Of a stretch of DNA of 64,000 nucleotides, positions 1 through 13,221 are shown one piece after another. The stretch is from Dicyema japonicum (lineage: Eukaryota > Animalia > Dicyemida), in contig RDEW01000075.1 of assembly GCA_011109175.1 (NCBI GenBank), forward strand, positions 118,652 to 182,651. Reading direction: 5' to 3'. The notes beneath the pieces are model-generated. The model ran no database searches. It saw only the letters and a program-made list of their open reading frames with translations, and was not told the DNA's origin. Numbering within the stretch: the stretch's first letter is position 1; every line of letters begins with the position of its first letter. Position numbers and translations under genes: made by a program.

Positions 1-96
1 GTATATAAAATAGAATGATAGACTTATCGATAAAAATTAATCAATCAGAAAAGTACGTATTTGGACTATAAATTAAAGCGTTTTATTTAAAAATTA

Positions 97-687
97 ATGA
101 TATTCGCTGTCATATTCATTTGCGTACTGTTTAGCCAAGTGGAATGTATAATATTTTCGATGATTTCAGGCGGTTCTTGTTGGGAATTGTCAGATGTTGA
201 CGATAATATTTTGATCGCAAGAAAAGTGACAAAGATAGAATGTTGTTCTATTGAGAGAAAAAATAATATTTACTATTCTGAAATTGATCCCGTAGGTCTT
301 GATAACTACAAATACTGGATCATATTCCCAGAAGATGCTCAGTTGTGCGAAAGTAATTTTTTTTATTTTTAAGTAAAATGCGGAGAAACAACATGTTCAG
401 AAGACAAATACTGTGATGCTGAAGACGGACTTGGTGTTTGTAAGTGTAGAGAATGCGAAAGTAACACAGATTTGAAAATATGTTCAACAAGCAACGAAAC
501 TTTTAAAAATCTATGTCATCTAAAATATGCTCAATGTGTTCGCCAGGTGTATATTGAGATAAATTATTTTGGAGTATGCAAAGGTTAGGTATCATAAACA
601 TTATCAGAATCTTGTAGTCGAGTAAACTGCCTACAAAATAAAAAATGTTTGATGAATGAATTCCCCATATGTCTCAGAAATAATTAA
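97..687 (+). CDS. FST: Follistatin-like secreted protein (signal peptide, N-terminal TB-like domain, one FOLN+Kazal module, partial second module)
   Basis: Removing introns 146-169 (24 nt), 353-373 (21 nt) and 584-607 (24 nt) gives MIFAVIFICVLFSQVEC-GSCW...VTKIECCS...YKYWIIF...CGETTCSEDKYC...CKCREC...ICSTSNETFKNLCHLKYAQC...YFGVCKESCSRVNCLQNKKC. The cysteine spacing and W/F motifs follow follistatin. Stop TAA at 685-687. Confidence 0.85.
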
Positions 688-879
688 TATTTGACTAACG
701 TATTAAATTATTTATTAATTTTTTAATCCACTCATAGTAAAAAGTTTAAATTATTTTAAATAGATTAAAATATACCATGGAAACAACACAATTAGTAAAA
801 ATATAATTGTTATTTATTTTATTATTTATTAACAAGATACACCAAAAAATTTATAACTAATTAAATGAATACAGTTCCT

Positions 880-1125
880 ACGATCACATAGACAGTAAGT
901 CTTTGCACAAGTTCTTCCAGAACCACCAGAAATAGAAGAAAGCGTCCAGTCCTTGCAGTTATGGAAACCCATTTTTCGTGGCACTATGGAATTGGGCGCT
1001 ATCTGAGACAGGTGGATTACATGATGCCACTCTAATAGAAAGGGACGTAGAGGAACAAAAGAAAAGAAGAAAAATCTTAAACTAAGTAGTCAAATGGCAC
1101 CACTCTAATGTCGGCACCACGCTAA
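880..1125 (-). mobile_element. Isolated 5' UTR fragment of the Ingi/Vingi-like LINE family at 39750
   Basis: The reverse complement (gcgtggtgcc...tattagagtggcatcatgtaatccacctgtctcagatagcgccca) aligns with 39750-39870. Confidence 0.65.
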
Positions 1126-1317
1126 CACTCGAATATACACATTGAGAATATTTAGATAACAGATTTTTTAAAGTTTTGTTACTTGTTGAATACATTTTCA
1201 AAAATGTGTTACTCAAAATATAATTGAATATAAATACTACACTTAGAAATAATTAACTATCGCAAAGCTACACTTAGAAATAATTAACTATCGCAAAAAT
1301 GGTTAGAAATAGTTAAC

Positions 1318-2065
1318 TAAGCAAATAAACTTGCCGAGTGGTTCCTCAATGTAAATGTGGAGAAAACAGAATTGACTGAACTAGTCAGACAAAAATCCAA
1401 GCTGGATGAACATTGGAGAAAAGTAGAGAAACTCGGATCGTTATTGGGAGATGAAAAAGACGTAATTATGCAGGAAACACATACAAACAGTGCACTACAC
1501 AGCCTAAAGGAAAACTGGCTAAAGCGTAAAGGATTGAATATAGAAACACGGATACGTTTATACAATTCACTGGTGAAGCCTATTCTCCTCTACAATGTCG
1601 GAACATGGGGAATTTCTGATACGGACAATCACAATCTAGACTCGTTCCATAGAGATCAGCTTCGGCGTACTCTAGCCTCGACATGGCATTCAAGGCTCAG
1701 AAGCAAAATAGTTTATATCAGGACATCAAGCAAACCTATCTCACTAGAAATAACGGCATGCAGGTGGTGATTATTCGGACACATTCTAAGAATAGATTTG
1801 GAAACACCAGCAAATACTGCCATGGATGACTATTTCGAAGCTGACGGATCTCGTTTCAGGAGGCACCCAAGAAATACTCTCCCGGTTACGCTGGTTAAAG
1901 ACCTTCGCTGAGTGGAAAAACAATTAAAAGACGGGGATGACCTTGACGACGTTGCCCAGGACAAGGGAAAATGAAAGAAATTAATAACTCTTATTGTTTC
2001 CTGTGCTGCACAAGCTTTGTCATGACCCATGGCATTTTGAAAGTGCTTAATAATAATAATAATAA
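1318..2065 (+). mobile_element. RTE-clade LINE, 3' fragment
   Basis: Peptides RIRLYNSLVKPILLYNVGTW, FHRDQLRR, W*LFGHILR and RFRRHPRNTLP, then a (TAA)n tail at ~2048-2065. Confidence 0.85.
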
Positions 2066-2499
2066 TTGCAAAGCCTTTATGCCCACTGTTTGTCTTAGGG
2101 TTGTTTCCTTGAACCGAGACAACTTCGTGATGAGAGAGAACTTTACGGTCATGGTATAATGACCACACACTTTTATCTGAACAAATTATGGTTTCTAAAA
2201 AAGTTAATGACAAACATTTCTTTCCTGTGATCCACTATTCATTTACTCTATACGTCCTGTTCTGGATAACCACTATCTTCTGATATTGGCCCCATAAGGC
2301 GTATGCGTAAAAAATGCATGGCTAGTATATTGTTTCTGATTTTCCATGACTATGAAATAGATTGGTCTTCTCGTATTTTATCGGAAGATTTTCAGCGTGC
2401 CTTAAGAAGTTAATGTTCACACAAAATGTTACTCAAGGATTTTTAATAGGTTAAGGACCTAGTCAAATGAATTGGTATAACAAAAGAAATGTAAAACAC

Positions 2500-3362
2500 T
2501 TTGCATGGCTCACGATGTTTGGATTGGACTTAACTTGGGACTCCCGAAGAACTTCAACAAACAACGAGACTGGAACGAACTTGTATGTTCGAAGACCATC
2601 GATGAGCTAAAACCACAACTCGACCAGCATCGTCTGGCTTGTCTGGCTACCGCATCAACAAACATTAGCGGTGCATGGCTCAAAGCATTCCCGTGCATTT
2701 CACTCGGAACTTTTCTGGACGATGACTCCACGAGGATTGGGGTTTGCGTCCGCCTCGGAATCGATGTTTGCGCAATCCATCGCTGTAGATGTGGAGTAAT
2801 AGTCGACGCGAAAGGACTCCACGCACTTTCCTGCCGAAGGAGCGCTGGAAGGAGCCTGAGACATAGTGCAATCAACAAGGTTATTGCGTGGGGACTAGAA
2901 GCTGCCGGATTCCTTGTCCAGATGGAGCCCCTAGGACTTGCCACGGCAAACAGGAGCGACTCTGTTCGTGGATGCTGGGAAGTACCTGGCTTGGGACGCC
3001 ACCTGCGTAGATAGCTTCTCCCCTTCCAATATTACAATGAGTGCGACAAATCCAGGCTCAGCTGCAGAGAAATCAGAAATACTTAAAGCAAAGAAGTACA
3101 CATGCCTCGGCGAGCAGTACACATTTGAACCAGTCGCAGTCGAAACTTCGGGAGTCATAGGAAGCAGGTCGTTAGCCCTGCTCAACAAAATTGGATCGTT
3201 AGTCGCTAAAAGGAAGAGGGATGTCAGAGAGAAGGCTGGCTCATTGAGCGCATCTCCTTACAGATCGTAAGGGGAAATGCGCTCTCAATCCTGAGAGCAG
3301 CCAGTAGCCTTTAACTATTTGGTTTTATTCTTCAATAAATTGTTATTGATTTAAAAAAAAAA
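2500..3362 (+). mobile_element. CRE-clade non-LTR retrotransposon, 3' fragment (zinc knuckle and restriction-like endonuclease)
   Basis: SGAWLKAFP, CRCG...GLHALSC, RH, WDATCVD, KAKKY, FEPVAVETSG and RGNA motifs, then an A-rich tail. Confidence 0.9.
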
Positions 3363-3639
3363 CACTTTTTTAAATAAATCTATCGATTTCTGTCAAATTT
3401 TGGCAAAATATTTCATTATATATATATATATATAGAACAAGGAAAACTTTGATTATATTATATAAAAAGTGATTATATTTTGATCTTAGAAATTTAGACT
3501 TAAAATTTTTAGATTTTTATGTGAACTATCACGGTTCACGAAATATTTTTACACAGATAGTTAGTGTGCGGGAGTCCATCTTAGATGGACACAGTTTATG
3601 GAAATCTCTCTCTCCAGACAATGTGAGTCGTTTATCTAT

Positions 3640-4160
3640 ATAATGAAATATCAAATTCATCTCAAAAGCGTTTGACATTGTTAGCCAAAGAGCCATAATC
3701 GGTCAGTTGTATCGGACGGGAAGCCCGTAAAAGCTAGTGAATTGGACGAAAGTGTACCTAGAAGAAGAAACCCCTATATTAGATGCGGACGCTATTTTTC
3801 AAATGTGATATTATTTAGGAGAGGAGTCCTAAGGGGATCCATTTTGAGACCTCTATTATTTAACGTTCTGATGGCCAGTTTCCAGTCTTAAAGGTCGCCA
3901 AGTACGAGATCTCTAATATACGCAGACGACGTACTACTGTTTGATGTATCAAGATAGAGTATGACTTGGATATGAGACTCAATGTATATATGGAAGAGAT
4001 AAAAGAGTGGTGTGGTTTCCATTGATTAAAGTTGTCACAAGAAAAATCTAATAGAATGAAGTTTTTCGATCAAAATGGAAAATGACATTATCAAAGCTCT
4101 CTATGTGGAATCAATAATATGAAATCCCTGAAGTATTTCGGAACAGCTTTTGAGAAAACT
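3640..4160 (+). mobile_element. Degenerate LINE reverse transcriptase fragment
   Basis: Scattered KAFD, GVLRGSILRPLLFN and YADD-like motifs with many stops. Confidence 0.55.
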
Positions 4161-4300
4161 ATTATTATTACCCCCAGGATCACTGGGTCAAAGAGAAAGA
4201 AATAAAAGTTCTCATCTAACTAAGTGATCTCAGACCGACAAAGGAGAGGACGAGTCATGCGGGATCGAAAATCCTGAACAGCTCTATCACTCTTTCAAGG
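4161..4300 (-). mobile_element. 3' end of an Ingi/Vingi-like LINE with (TAA)n tail
   Basis: Near-identical to 34711-34815, which ends GIT* like the copies at ~59815 and ~61290. Confidence 0.6.
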
Positions 4301-4310
4301 AGAGTAGTAC

Positions 4311-6787
4311 ACGGTTCAAGGTAAATTCATCCCCGGTAAATTCATCGCTGGTAATTTCATCGCGAGGTAAATTCATCGCGCCGGTTAATTCAAGCGACCA
4401 CGTGGGTTCTTGAAAGAAGAGGTCGAAATTTTGATTTTTTATATTATCATTAAAATGTAATTTTGGAGATTAATTTGACGATATGAGTCACGTGGCCAGA
4501 TCCCCAAGATAGAAGAAATTTGAAAACCTCAATTCTCCAAATAGTGTTAAATTTTAATCAACGATGTGGACCACACGTGTGTGTATTGGTTAAAGTGATA
4601 GAAAAATTATTGATTATACTGATTATTGATTAATAACAAAGGTAAACTTTAAGTGAATATTTATGATAATATAATTTTTAGAAAACAAGTTTATGACAAT
4701 TATTAACAAAAACATTGTGTTAATTTCTAAAATGCTAAATTATAGGCAATGCCTTTTAAATAGTCAAGAATTTCGCGATTATCGAAGTCATTTACAATGC
4801 GTTGAATTCTTAAAGCACTATCTCTGTATTTTTTCTTTTGTGTAGGACCTTCCCCACCAGCAATATACTGTTCAATTTTAATTTCATTTCTTGCTTGTTC
4901 TTTCTTCAAAACATCAATAAACTTCCAAATCGTAGGATGACACGCTCCAATTAAAGAATTAAAAGAATGATGCCATCCTTCGCAAGAGTTATTCGTTTTA
5001 GGGCCAGCAACTCTCGCTGCTTCAAAACAATTCCACAATTCATGGGCAAAACGTGGACAACGACGTACTTGACGGCGGTCGGGACGTCCTATCCAAATAT
5101 CTTCTACATAATCCAGTACAGGTTGAGCTCTCTTCTGGGAAACAGTTGTAATCGCACCAATGTTTAAAATAATGAACAACGTGTAATGTTGAGACAAATC
5201 CCAGCGCCGCAATCATGCGCATTTTCAAAGCGAATTCTCAATCTCTTTGATATAATAATTGTAATCTCTGTGATTGGATGCATCTAAATATGGATTGGGA
5301 CAAATGAAAGAAACAGCCCTTCGTAATAGCATCAGGAAATATAATATTAAATCCATTTATAGCTGCTTTTTCGAAATCAGTCATAATTGTCTCTGTGATA
5401 ACGATGGCTCCAATGATTTTAATTCCGAAAAAAACTTTTTTATAGCTTTCTTCCGTTCTTTTACACATTAAAATGTATATAAGTGGTAAAACATCATTAT
5501 TTACTATTCCATGAATCGTATATAATTGATTAAACAAATATGGGACTGTCTTAAAAGTACCATCTGCATACCAAAAGTTTGTAGTGGAAAGCAAATTCAG
5601 ATTTTTTCTCGTTGGTAAAAATTATTGTTCTGCTAACACTGTCTTCACTATCAAACAATAGAAAAGGTTCATTGGCATAAGAGTATCTGTATTCTGGAGG
5701 TATTCTTAACTGGTCTATGTTAAGTGGATTAGGAGGAGCTTGATCTTTTGTATTTCTTGAATTTCTAATGTTTCTTTTAATTAAAGAAGCTATGGGTAGT
5801 CGGGCAGACACCTCCAGTGGCAAACCCACACACACTTCAGTCGTAATAATATGTGGATTATCTTGTGATGCAAGAGCTCTTCTTTTTATTTCTTGAGTAA
5901 TTCTCTTTGATTCGACATATGCAGCATCACCAGCATGATTGTGTTCGTTGACTCTTTTAATAATGATGTCTCCCTTGGTGTGTACTCTCGCTTTACATTT
6001 AATTTTGTAGTAGGATTCACATTTCCATAATGTGACTTCGCCATTAAATTTTTCAAAACAGTAAATGTATCCATCTTCAAAAATTTTCTCTTATTTCTCA
6101 TTACAATTACAAATTGCAAAGCCATGCTGTCAAGATATAAGAAATTAGCGAAAATATCACTTTATTTATAACAAAGATCATAATTAGAACGGAAAAAAAT
6201 ATCACTTTATAGTAATCAATTATGATAATGACGATAAAGTACAAAAGAATTCAAGGGCATTATCACCACATTACAAAAGAATTCAAGGACATTATCACCA
6301 GATTATAAGCTACTTTATCAGTTAAAAGAAACAAATTACATGCAACCATTACTCTTGTGTTTAAGATAGAGATGAATACTGTCCTCAGCACTAAAGAAAA
6401 CTGGCAATTTTATGTTTCAATCGTGAATACTGACAGAGTTATTTATTTTATTATTTGTTAGCCACAGGCGTACAATCTTTGGTAAGCCTAGCAAAAACAG
6501 TCATTGGTAATTAATCCAAGGAGGGAACGCAAAAGAGAACGTCTGCTTGTGACAACTAAATTGATCCCGCCAATAATACATGGCAGGCATACGTCAACTT
6601 CTGAAGAGAGGTGAAAAAATAGGTCCTCTCTCTTCAGTTTTCATAGGTCCTACCGTCACGGATACGTGACTCCTATCGCCTAATAATCTCCAAAATCGCA
6701 ATTTAACTATAATATAAAAAATCAAAATTTCGACCTCTTTTATCTAGAAACACTTGGTTCTTTGATTTAACTGGGATGAATTTACTT
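4311..6787 (-). mobile_element. MULE (Mutator-like) DNA transposon with FLYWCH plus MULE transposase, frameshifted
   Basis: Inverted repeats at ~4366-4495 and ~6660-6787, with GGTAAATTCATC repeats at the left end. ORF pieces 4727-6125 carry WYADGTFKT, DFEKAAING, GCFFHLSQ and TNNSCEGWH. Confidence 0.9.
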
Positions 6788-7229
6788 TTCATCTTGCTTC
6801 TTTAAATATCGATGAGAGCAGGGATCAATTATTACCATACATAGACGACTTTAGATGACTAGAAGATTTTTAAATGTTGATTTTTTTTATAATTTGAAAG
6901 GTTTTTACGCCGTCTGGAAAGAATCTGAGCCATAGAGTCATCACTAGAATTATTGGGTGGGAAGAGAAGCCCAGTTCAGTTAGACTTCTCGGACTGTCCT
7001 TATTAAATAAAAGACCAGACAACTCTTTTTATTAGTAGGCAATAGATATCTCGCCTGAGACGCCACTTGTGTGAATTGATCTCACTCAACCCTGCACTGA
7101 TGGGCAATTAGAAGCAGGTCACAAACCCTTTTTAGTTTAACTTAAGCGGTTAAAAAGAAATTAAAAAACACTAATTTATCGATATTCTGCTAATTCCATT
7201 TGTAACTTTGAAATTAAATTAAATTTTTA

Positions 7230-7890
7230 ACCCCAGTTTCGTTAGCATGAAGGAATCTGGCGACCATTAACAACCACGGCGCAAGATCACTTCACGTCGT
7301 GTCCTGGTGGTGCAGAGCAAGCAAAGTAGTATTGAAATTTTCTTTTACCCAGAGATGTACTATGTCTATGCTGTAGACGTGCGAGCCCTAATCTGATAGT
7401 CCTTTAATTGCTGATCTCTGGAGGTCTGCGCTCAAATATTTTGTAGTCTTCAAGAACCCGTATGGTATGGTTAAAGGGCCAGGACTCTTCATTGAAGTTT
7501 CTCCCCTATGGTTTAACCATAATTAGCAGTATATATGATGATTGGCCACATGAAGTTTTAAGAAAGAACATAATCTTCTTCTCAACAATCTTTGAACCGT
7601 TGTCAGTAGCGTTAAGGTACACTCAGTACCATATTTGTTTTCAATCCGAGTGTGAATTTAATAGCTATTTTCTAATAGCAGAATTATCTACTTTTTGGAG
7701 AGAGAACAACTCTTCGCATCAATAGACAAGTGAGACCAGAATGATTCTCAGAAATATTAACCTTCCGGGGTCATAGTATTGCTAGAAGACTCTCTTAATC
7801 TGGTCCTCTATATCCACACAAGTAATTTTTTGCCCAAATTAGATTCTCCAAGTAAAGGAATAGGTGTGCATTCTTCTCGCAAAGAGTATA
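7230..7890 (-). mobile_element. Degenerate LINE RT / C-terminal fragment
   Basis: Fragmentary peptides resembling the post-RT region of the other APE LINEs in the window. Confidence 0.4.
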
Positions 7891-8039
7891 GTAAAACTGT
7901 ATGACGGTAATTGTAAACTTAGTAAACCACATCAACCAAATTGAATACATAGCAGCCTACTTAAAAAAATTTGTTAAATGCTCCTGGAAAAATATTCGAT
8001 TTTATATGTGGACATTCTACAGAACAAGAAAAACGTTTG

Positions 8040-10790
8040 CGGAAGTTACCAGGGCAGTCTCTTCTATTCTAATCTATGGCAAAGCAAACAAGAGGAAATT
8101 CGGTATTCAATGTTCCCGTTGCCCCAATTTTAGACACCTTGGGTGCTATCTCTGCCAAATTGGTCATGCCCCTCATGCCTTGGGAATAACGACGGCCAGA
8201 AGGAGCCCTCTCCAGGACCTATCTAATACGGATGAATGCCTACGCCGTTTGAATCGTCTTGTGTCGGAGAGGATTATCCCACTCAGGATCCCAAGGCACG
8301 TCTAACAGCTGCCTCCTATCTTTCAAAGCTACCTACCAGGGCAGTCGATGACAATTCTCAGGATGCCGAATACGCCTTCTCTGCTTTGCATCTCTTGTCA
8401 TCGGATCATATCCAATTGAACTGAAAGTAGGGAACCTCAATTCAATCATCAAGAGAAATGCCTCTAAATACGAAACTGTTAACCTGGCGACTGCACTGGA
8501 AAGTCATTCGATTTCTGATAATTTGCCCTAATCGTCCAGGATCAAAAAGACAAGTGGGATATACGTCAAGAAGTGAACAAGAAGGCTATAGTCGGAGACA
8601 TTCGAGGTGCCCTGCTAACGCTCTCCATCATTGACAAGTTCATTCACCAACTAAAAAAACCCTCGAGCTCATAATCCAAAAATATCTCTCCGCCCGGTCG
8701 GATCTACAGTAAGACATTGGGAAGGACATTCCACATTTTGCAACCACCACAAGTGATATACGATCTGCTAATTAATCTTTCCCAGGAAGCAGCAGTGCTG
8801 GCTTGGACGGTCTATGTCTGAGCCATTTGAAAGACCTTACTTCTGCCACAACCGCCGATATGAGGAACTTCATCATTAATTCATTAAAGACTTTTACAGA
8901 CCGAATTCTTCGTGCTGATATCTCCGACTATGCTAGAGGACTCCTTTTTGCCTCCAAACTAATCGCTTTCAGAAAGCCTTGTGGTGGGTTAAGACCCATC
9001 GCTATAAACTACGTATTCAGGCGGCTGACGGCGAAGATTACTGCCAGTCCGCCAGACATTACGAATGCTATAATAGTAAAACTGGACATCCGCAATGCTT
9101 TCAATAGCATTCGCAGAGATAGAATCATAGAAGCTAGCATTTCCAGGATCTCGGAAATCAGCAGAAAGGTGAAATTTTCATATGGTTCTCCATTTACGCT
9201 GAAATTCAGGCAACACATCATCAAATCCAAGACAGAAGTCCAACAAGGTGACTCCTTGACCCCCTGCCTTTGCTTTGAGTATCGAATGTGCAGCATAAGC
9301 GATAAGAACTCCACTGATCCCATGGTACCTGGATGATGTGACCGTCGGAGGTAATTGGGAATTTGTGGTGGCAGAAGTCGAGTCCGCCATCTTTGCACTT
9401 GCTGCACTTGGGTTGGAAGCGAACCCGTAAAATGTGAAGTCATAAACATTGCTTGAGAGTGGAAAACTTCGACCGTGCAGTGGCTGCGATTTCTACCTAT
9501 CTTCCGGATGTCTCGGTCACCTGACTCGAAAACGCAATTTTTCTTGGCTCTCCTCTATACTACAGTAATGTATCAACTCTCCTGGAGGAAAAAATACATT
9601 TTTTCACCAATTCACATCAAATTTAAAAACCATGGACTCCCACACGTCTTTATTTTTCCTCAGGAATTTTCACCTTACGCCAGGGCTCCTTTTTCTTCCA
9701 CGGACAGCCCCATGTTTCACAGACATGAACTTCTTAAGAGCCATCGACGAGAAACTGAGGACTGCTGTTAAAGAAACACTCAACATTTCTTTTGATAAAA
9801 CTGGCTGGATCCAATGAAAACTACCGCTTCGCTACAGAGGAATCGAAATTCGCTCACCACTAGAACCCTCCCGGCCTTTCTATCTTGAACATATACTTCC
9901 AGTGGTCTCACACGCCAGATCCTACGCTACATTAACGGATCGGACGCTGAACCAGTGGCATGAATGGCTCGGGAAGTCTGGACGCAATTAAGTATTGGAT
10001 TCCCGAAGAACGCTAATAAACAACGAGAATGGGACAAACTTTTATGCTCAAAAATCATAGACGAGATAAAACCTATGATTGATCAGCATCGTCTTGCTTG
10101 TCTGGCTTTTGCATCGACGAACGAGATTAGTGTCTGGCTCATAGCATTACTATGCACCTCACTTGGGACACTATTGGATGACGACGCGACGAAGATTGGG
10201 CTTTCCGTCCGTCTCGGAATAGATGTTCGCACGCAAGATCTATCGCTTTAGATGTGGAGGAATGGTCAAAGCGAAAGGTCTTCAAGCTCTTTCCTGCCGG
10301 AGGAGTGCTGGAAGGAGTCCAAGAGTAATTGCTTGGGACTTGAGGCTGCCAGGTTTCCTGTCCAATTGGAGCCGCTTGGACTTGCCCCAGCCAACCGAAG
10401 ACCGGACGGAACTACTCTTTTCCCAGGGAAAGCGGTAGATACCTTGCCTGGGTTGCCACCTGTGTGGATATCCTTTCTCCCTCCAACCTTGTTATGACAG
10501 CAACTAACCCAGGCTCTGCTTCGGAAAAGGCTCAGACCATAAAGTTAATTAATACGCATGTCTTGGTGGACAGTTCATTTTTGAACCAGTCGCCGTGGAA
10601 ACCTCAGGAATCAGAAGGAACAGGTCACTGGTCCTGCTATTGCCAGGAAAAAATTATAGGAGATAAAGGAGCTGGCTCATTGAGCGCATTTCATTGCAAA
10701 TCGTCAAGGAAATGCGTTCTCAGTTATGAGAGCTGCCAGCAGTTGTTAACTGCTATTTTTTGCGTTAAATAAAATTGGTTTATAAAAAAA
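8040..10790 (+). mobile_element. CRE-clade retrotransposon, near full length but degenerate
   Basis: SSAGLDGL, KPCGGLRPIA, KLDIRNAFNS, QQGD, WYLDD, RRPDG and RGN-like motifs in order, then an A-rich tail. Confidence 0.88.
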
Positions 10791-11044
10791 TTAACTTAAG
10801 AAATAGTACCTAACGATAATGTTTCCAAAACTGAAGTACTGGAGGATGGAAAGAATGTCGGATAACCCGTTGATTAAGACCAATAACCTTGAGCCCTTAC
10901 TTGGAGAGAATATTTGATAAAACAGTTTTGTATGGTTTCTGACTAACATTGGTCTAAATTTAAACAAAATTAAACTAAATTTTAAATTTTTATATTTAAT
11001 CTTTTTGACTGTGCAATGTTTCCAAATTAAAATTAAGGGGAAGT

Positions 11045-11190
11045 TAAGAAAAAAAGAAGTGAAGATCATTCCTTGGTTCTACGATTAGTTAAAATTAACT
11101 GTTCTTTACTTAAATAAAGTGTGTGTCCTGCTTATGCAAAGCTATAAATACTATGGCTCTCGTGAAAAGGCTTTATTATTATCATTATAA
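11045..11190 (+). mobile_element. SINE 3' half (same family as 37981-38288)
   Basis: gaagtgaagatcattcc...ctataaatactatggctctcgtgaaaagg followed by (TAT)n matches the other SINE copies. Confidence 0.85.
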
Positions 11191-11893
11191 GTGATTATCG
11201 CCTAGTTTTAAACGTAAAAATTTACTTTAAGAGATAAAATTCACTATATCCGACTTCACTATAAGCGGTTTTTACTGTATATATTATTTTCATCTTGTGC
11301 TCATCGAGGGACCACTCGCTTCGAGACAATGTCTCGGCTTATATCTACATGCTTAAAAAAGGAAGGACAGCTTATTTTCAGGTCGTGATACGTATAAACA
11401 TAGTGAATTTACTAGAGTTTGACAGAACCAGAGCAATATGCAGTCATTTCTTTGTATCGACGATTTCGACAAAGGAATGCTGATGGTAGGGTCTATTCAA
11501 ATTTGTAAAAGGGTGGAGTCTTTTCAAGTAATAACGACGCAGAAAGTGCATACCTCCATGTGGCAAAAGCATATTATATAGAAGCCAAATAATTGGTCGG
11601 TATATTTTGTGTATGCAGTCTTCTATTGAGTTTAGGCTTTTTTATACAATTGCCTTCAACTTCTGAAATCCTTTAGTTAGAATTTTTAATATGCCTTGTG
11701 AGGATCATCATAAATATTAGACCATTTCCTGCTCCTCACCACTTGACGTCCACGTAAATAAAAAAATTCTCATGTTTTTATGGAAAAAGTTTTATTCTGT
11801 TGTTTATGGAAAAATAAACATATTTAAAATAATCAAAATATAATTTAATGGTATTAAATTAAAACAATTTAAAAAATCAAAATATATATAGCC

Positions 11894-13221
11894 ATGTGGA
11901 ATCAACAATTTCAACTTCAAAACCAAATTGTATTTAATATATCTAAATATCCTTTAGTGCCAGTAACAGATTGTCATCAGGATGTTTTGCAAGCATGCAA
12001 ATTTGTGAATTTTTTCAATGACGACAGAGATAAAGTTATTCTAAGACTTAACTGTTATTTGGCTTCAATCGGAGTTGGAAAAAGCTTTTATAGACCCGAT
12101 AAATGGATTTCATTCCCCAAAACCAATATCTTTCAAATTTTTAAAGTTTTCCGGTATAAATTATCTATATAGGGAATCTGTTATAGCCACGTTGATTTAT
12201 GTAAACCTGTTGATGGCGAAGTATCCCTTTTGTTCGGCTACCCAGCCGATCACATCAGAAATGCAGTGGAGGGTGAAATCTCAAAGGTCATTGTTTCTAA
12301 CACGGGGGTGACCCTTCATGTGGTTTCTTTGGTTCCTGTGTCTCCCAATTCGTTTAAATTTGAATTATTAAAGAACTGTGGTCAACTTCGTGTGCAGGAA
12401 TCAGGGACAGAATGTGTCCACAGATCAAATCTTGCAACGAATACGTGAAAACTACCAAATAGTGAATCAATTGAAGAATTTGGGTGTCTTCGATTGTTTC
12501 AGATCCCCTGGTACTACCGAGGCTCATATTGAGGCGATAAACCGTCATCCTATTGAAGGTTATTCTTATAGATACGTTTTTAGGATTTTCTAGTGTCCAG
12601 TGGAATGCAGCCTACGAAAAGAACCCCAGAAATCGAAAATGATTATATCAGCAATTTTAAGCCCAGCCGAGCTGTCTAGGCGCTCTTTTTTGCAAAAAAG
12701 GTGTATCGAGTCAAACTGCAAGAGAATTGAGGTGCCTGACTGTTTTATTTTAGTCAGTTGAGTATCGAGTGAAAAACATCAATCGGTCACTTTTTTCCGC
12801 TAATTCATCCTTGATTTCCTTGACTAAAAGAAGGGACCGACTGACATATCGTTTTAGTCAAGTTGCCTAAGTATTTTAAGTAAAGCTTGTCTCACGGCTT
12901 TCAACAGAAAATCCTTCTGAAGAAGTTGTGAAAAAGATTAGGCAGTGCTACAAATTTGTATCCAATCACGATCATTTTCAGGTTCGTGCCTTTTTTATGA
13001 TTTAGGCACCGATTGATTCGGTGAAGGCAAATTTGTCTCAGTGTCGACTACCTGCATCAATTCCGTTTTCTGAATCAAATTTGGCAGAGTTTTTGTCTGT
13101 ACAATCTAAAAGAATAGAGGATCTGATTGAACAAACCAAAAGATTGTCAAAAATAACGATGGACGTGGAATTATCTGTTCTTGGTGGTGATTTAAACACT
13201 AAACGGAATGCATATCTTTAA
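11894..13221 (+). CDS. NUP54: Nucleoporin p54 homolog, no FG repeats visible, one apparent -1 frameshift at ~12625-12642
   Basis: Introns 12146-12172, 12352-12373, 12559-12583, 12732-12753, 12857-12880 and 12982-13005 join the ORF pieces. DDRDKVILRLN...GVGKSFY...NIFQIFKGICYS...DGEVSLLF...QLKNLGV...HPIEGFSSVQWNAAYEKNP..KMII...ELSRR parallels Nup54 DERDAILAKWN..GTGKGYF..NPFCRFKAVGYS..NPPAGVDPIIWEQAKVDNPDSEKLIP..ELLRR. A possible extra intron at 11930-11957 is unresolved. Confidence 0.8.

Noticed and set aside
1237-1297. 31-bp tandem duplication (similar one at ~6240-6300)
   Set aside because: Two copies only; ordinary local duplication.
2510-2944. Long antisense ORFs over CRE and R4 elements (also 19757-20140 and 24622-25002)
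   Set aside because: They are shadow frames of GC-richer coding strands with no recognisable motifs.
4320-4385. Short direct repeats as a CRISPR-like array
   Set aside because: They are subterminal MULE repeats with tiny spacers, in a eukaryotic context without cas genes.
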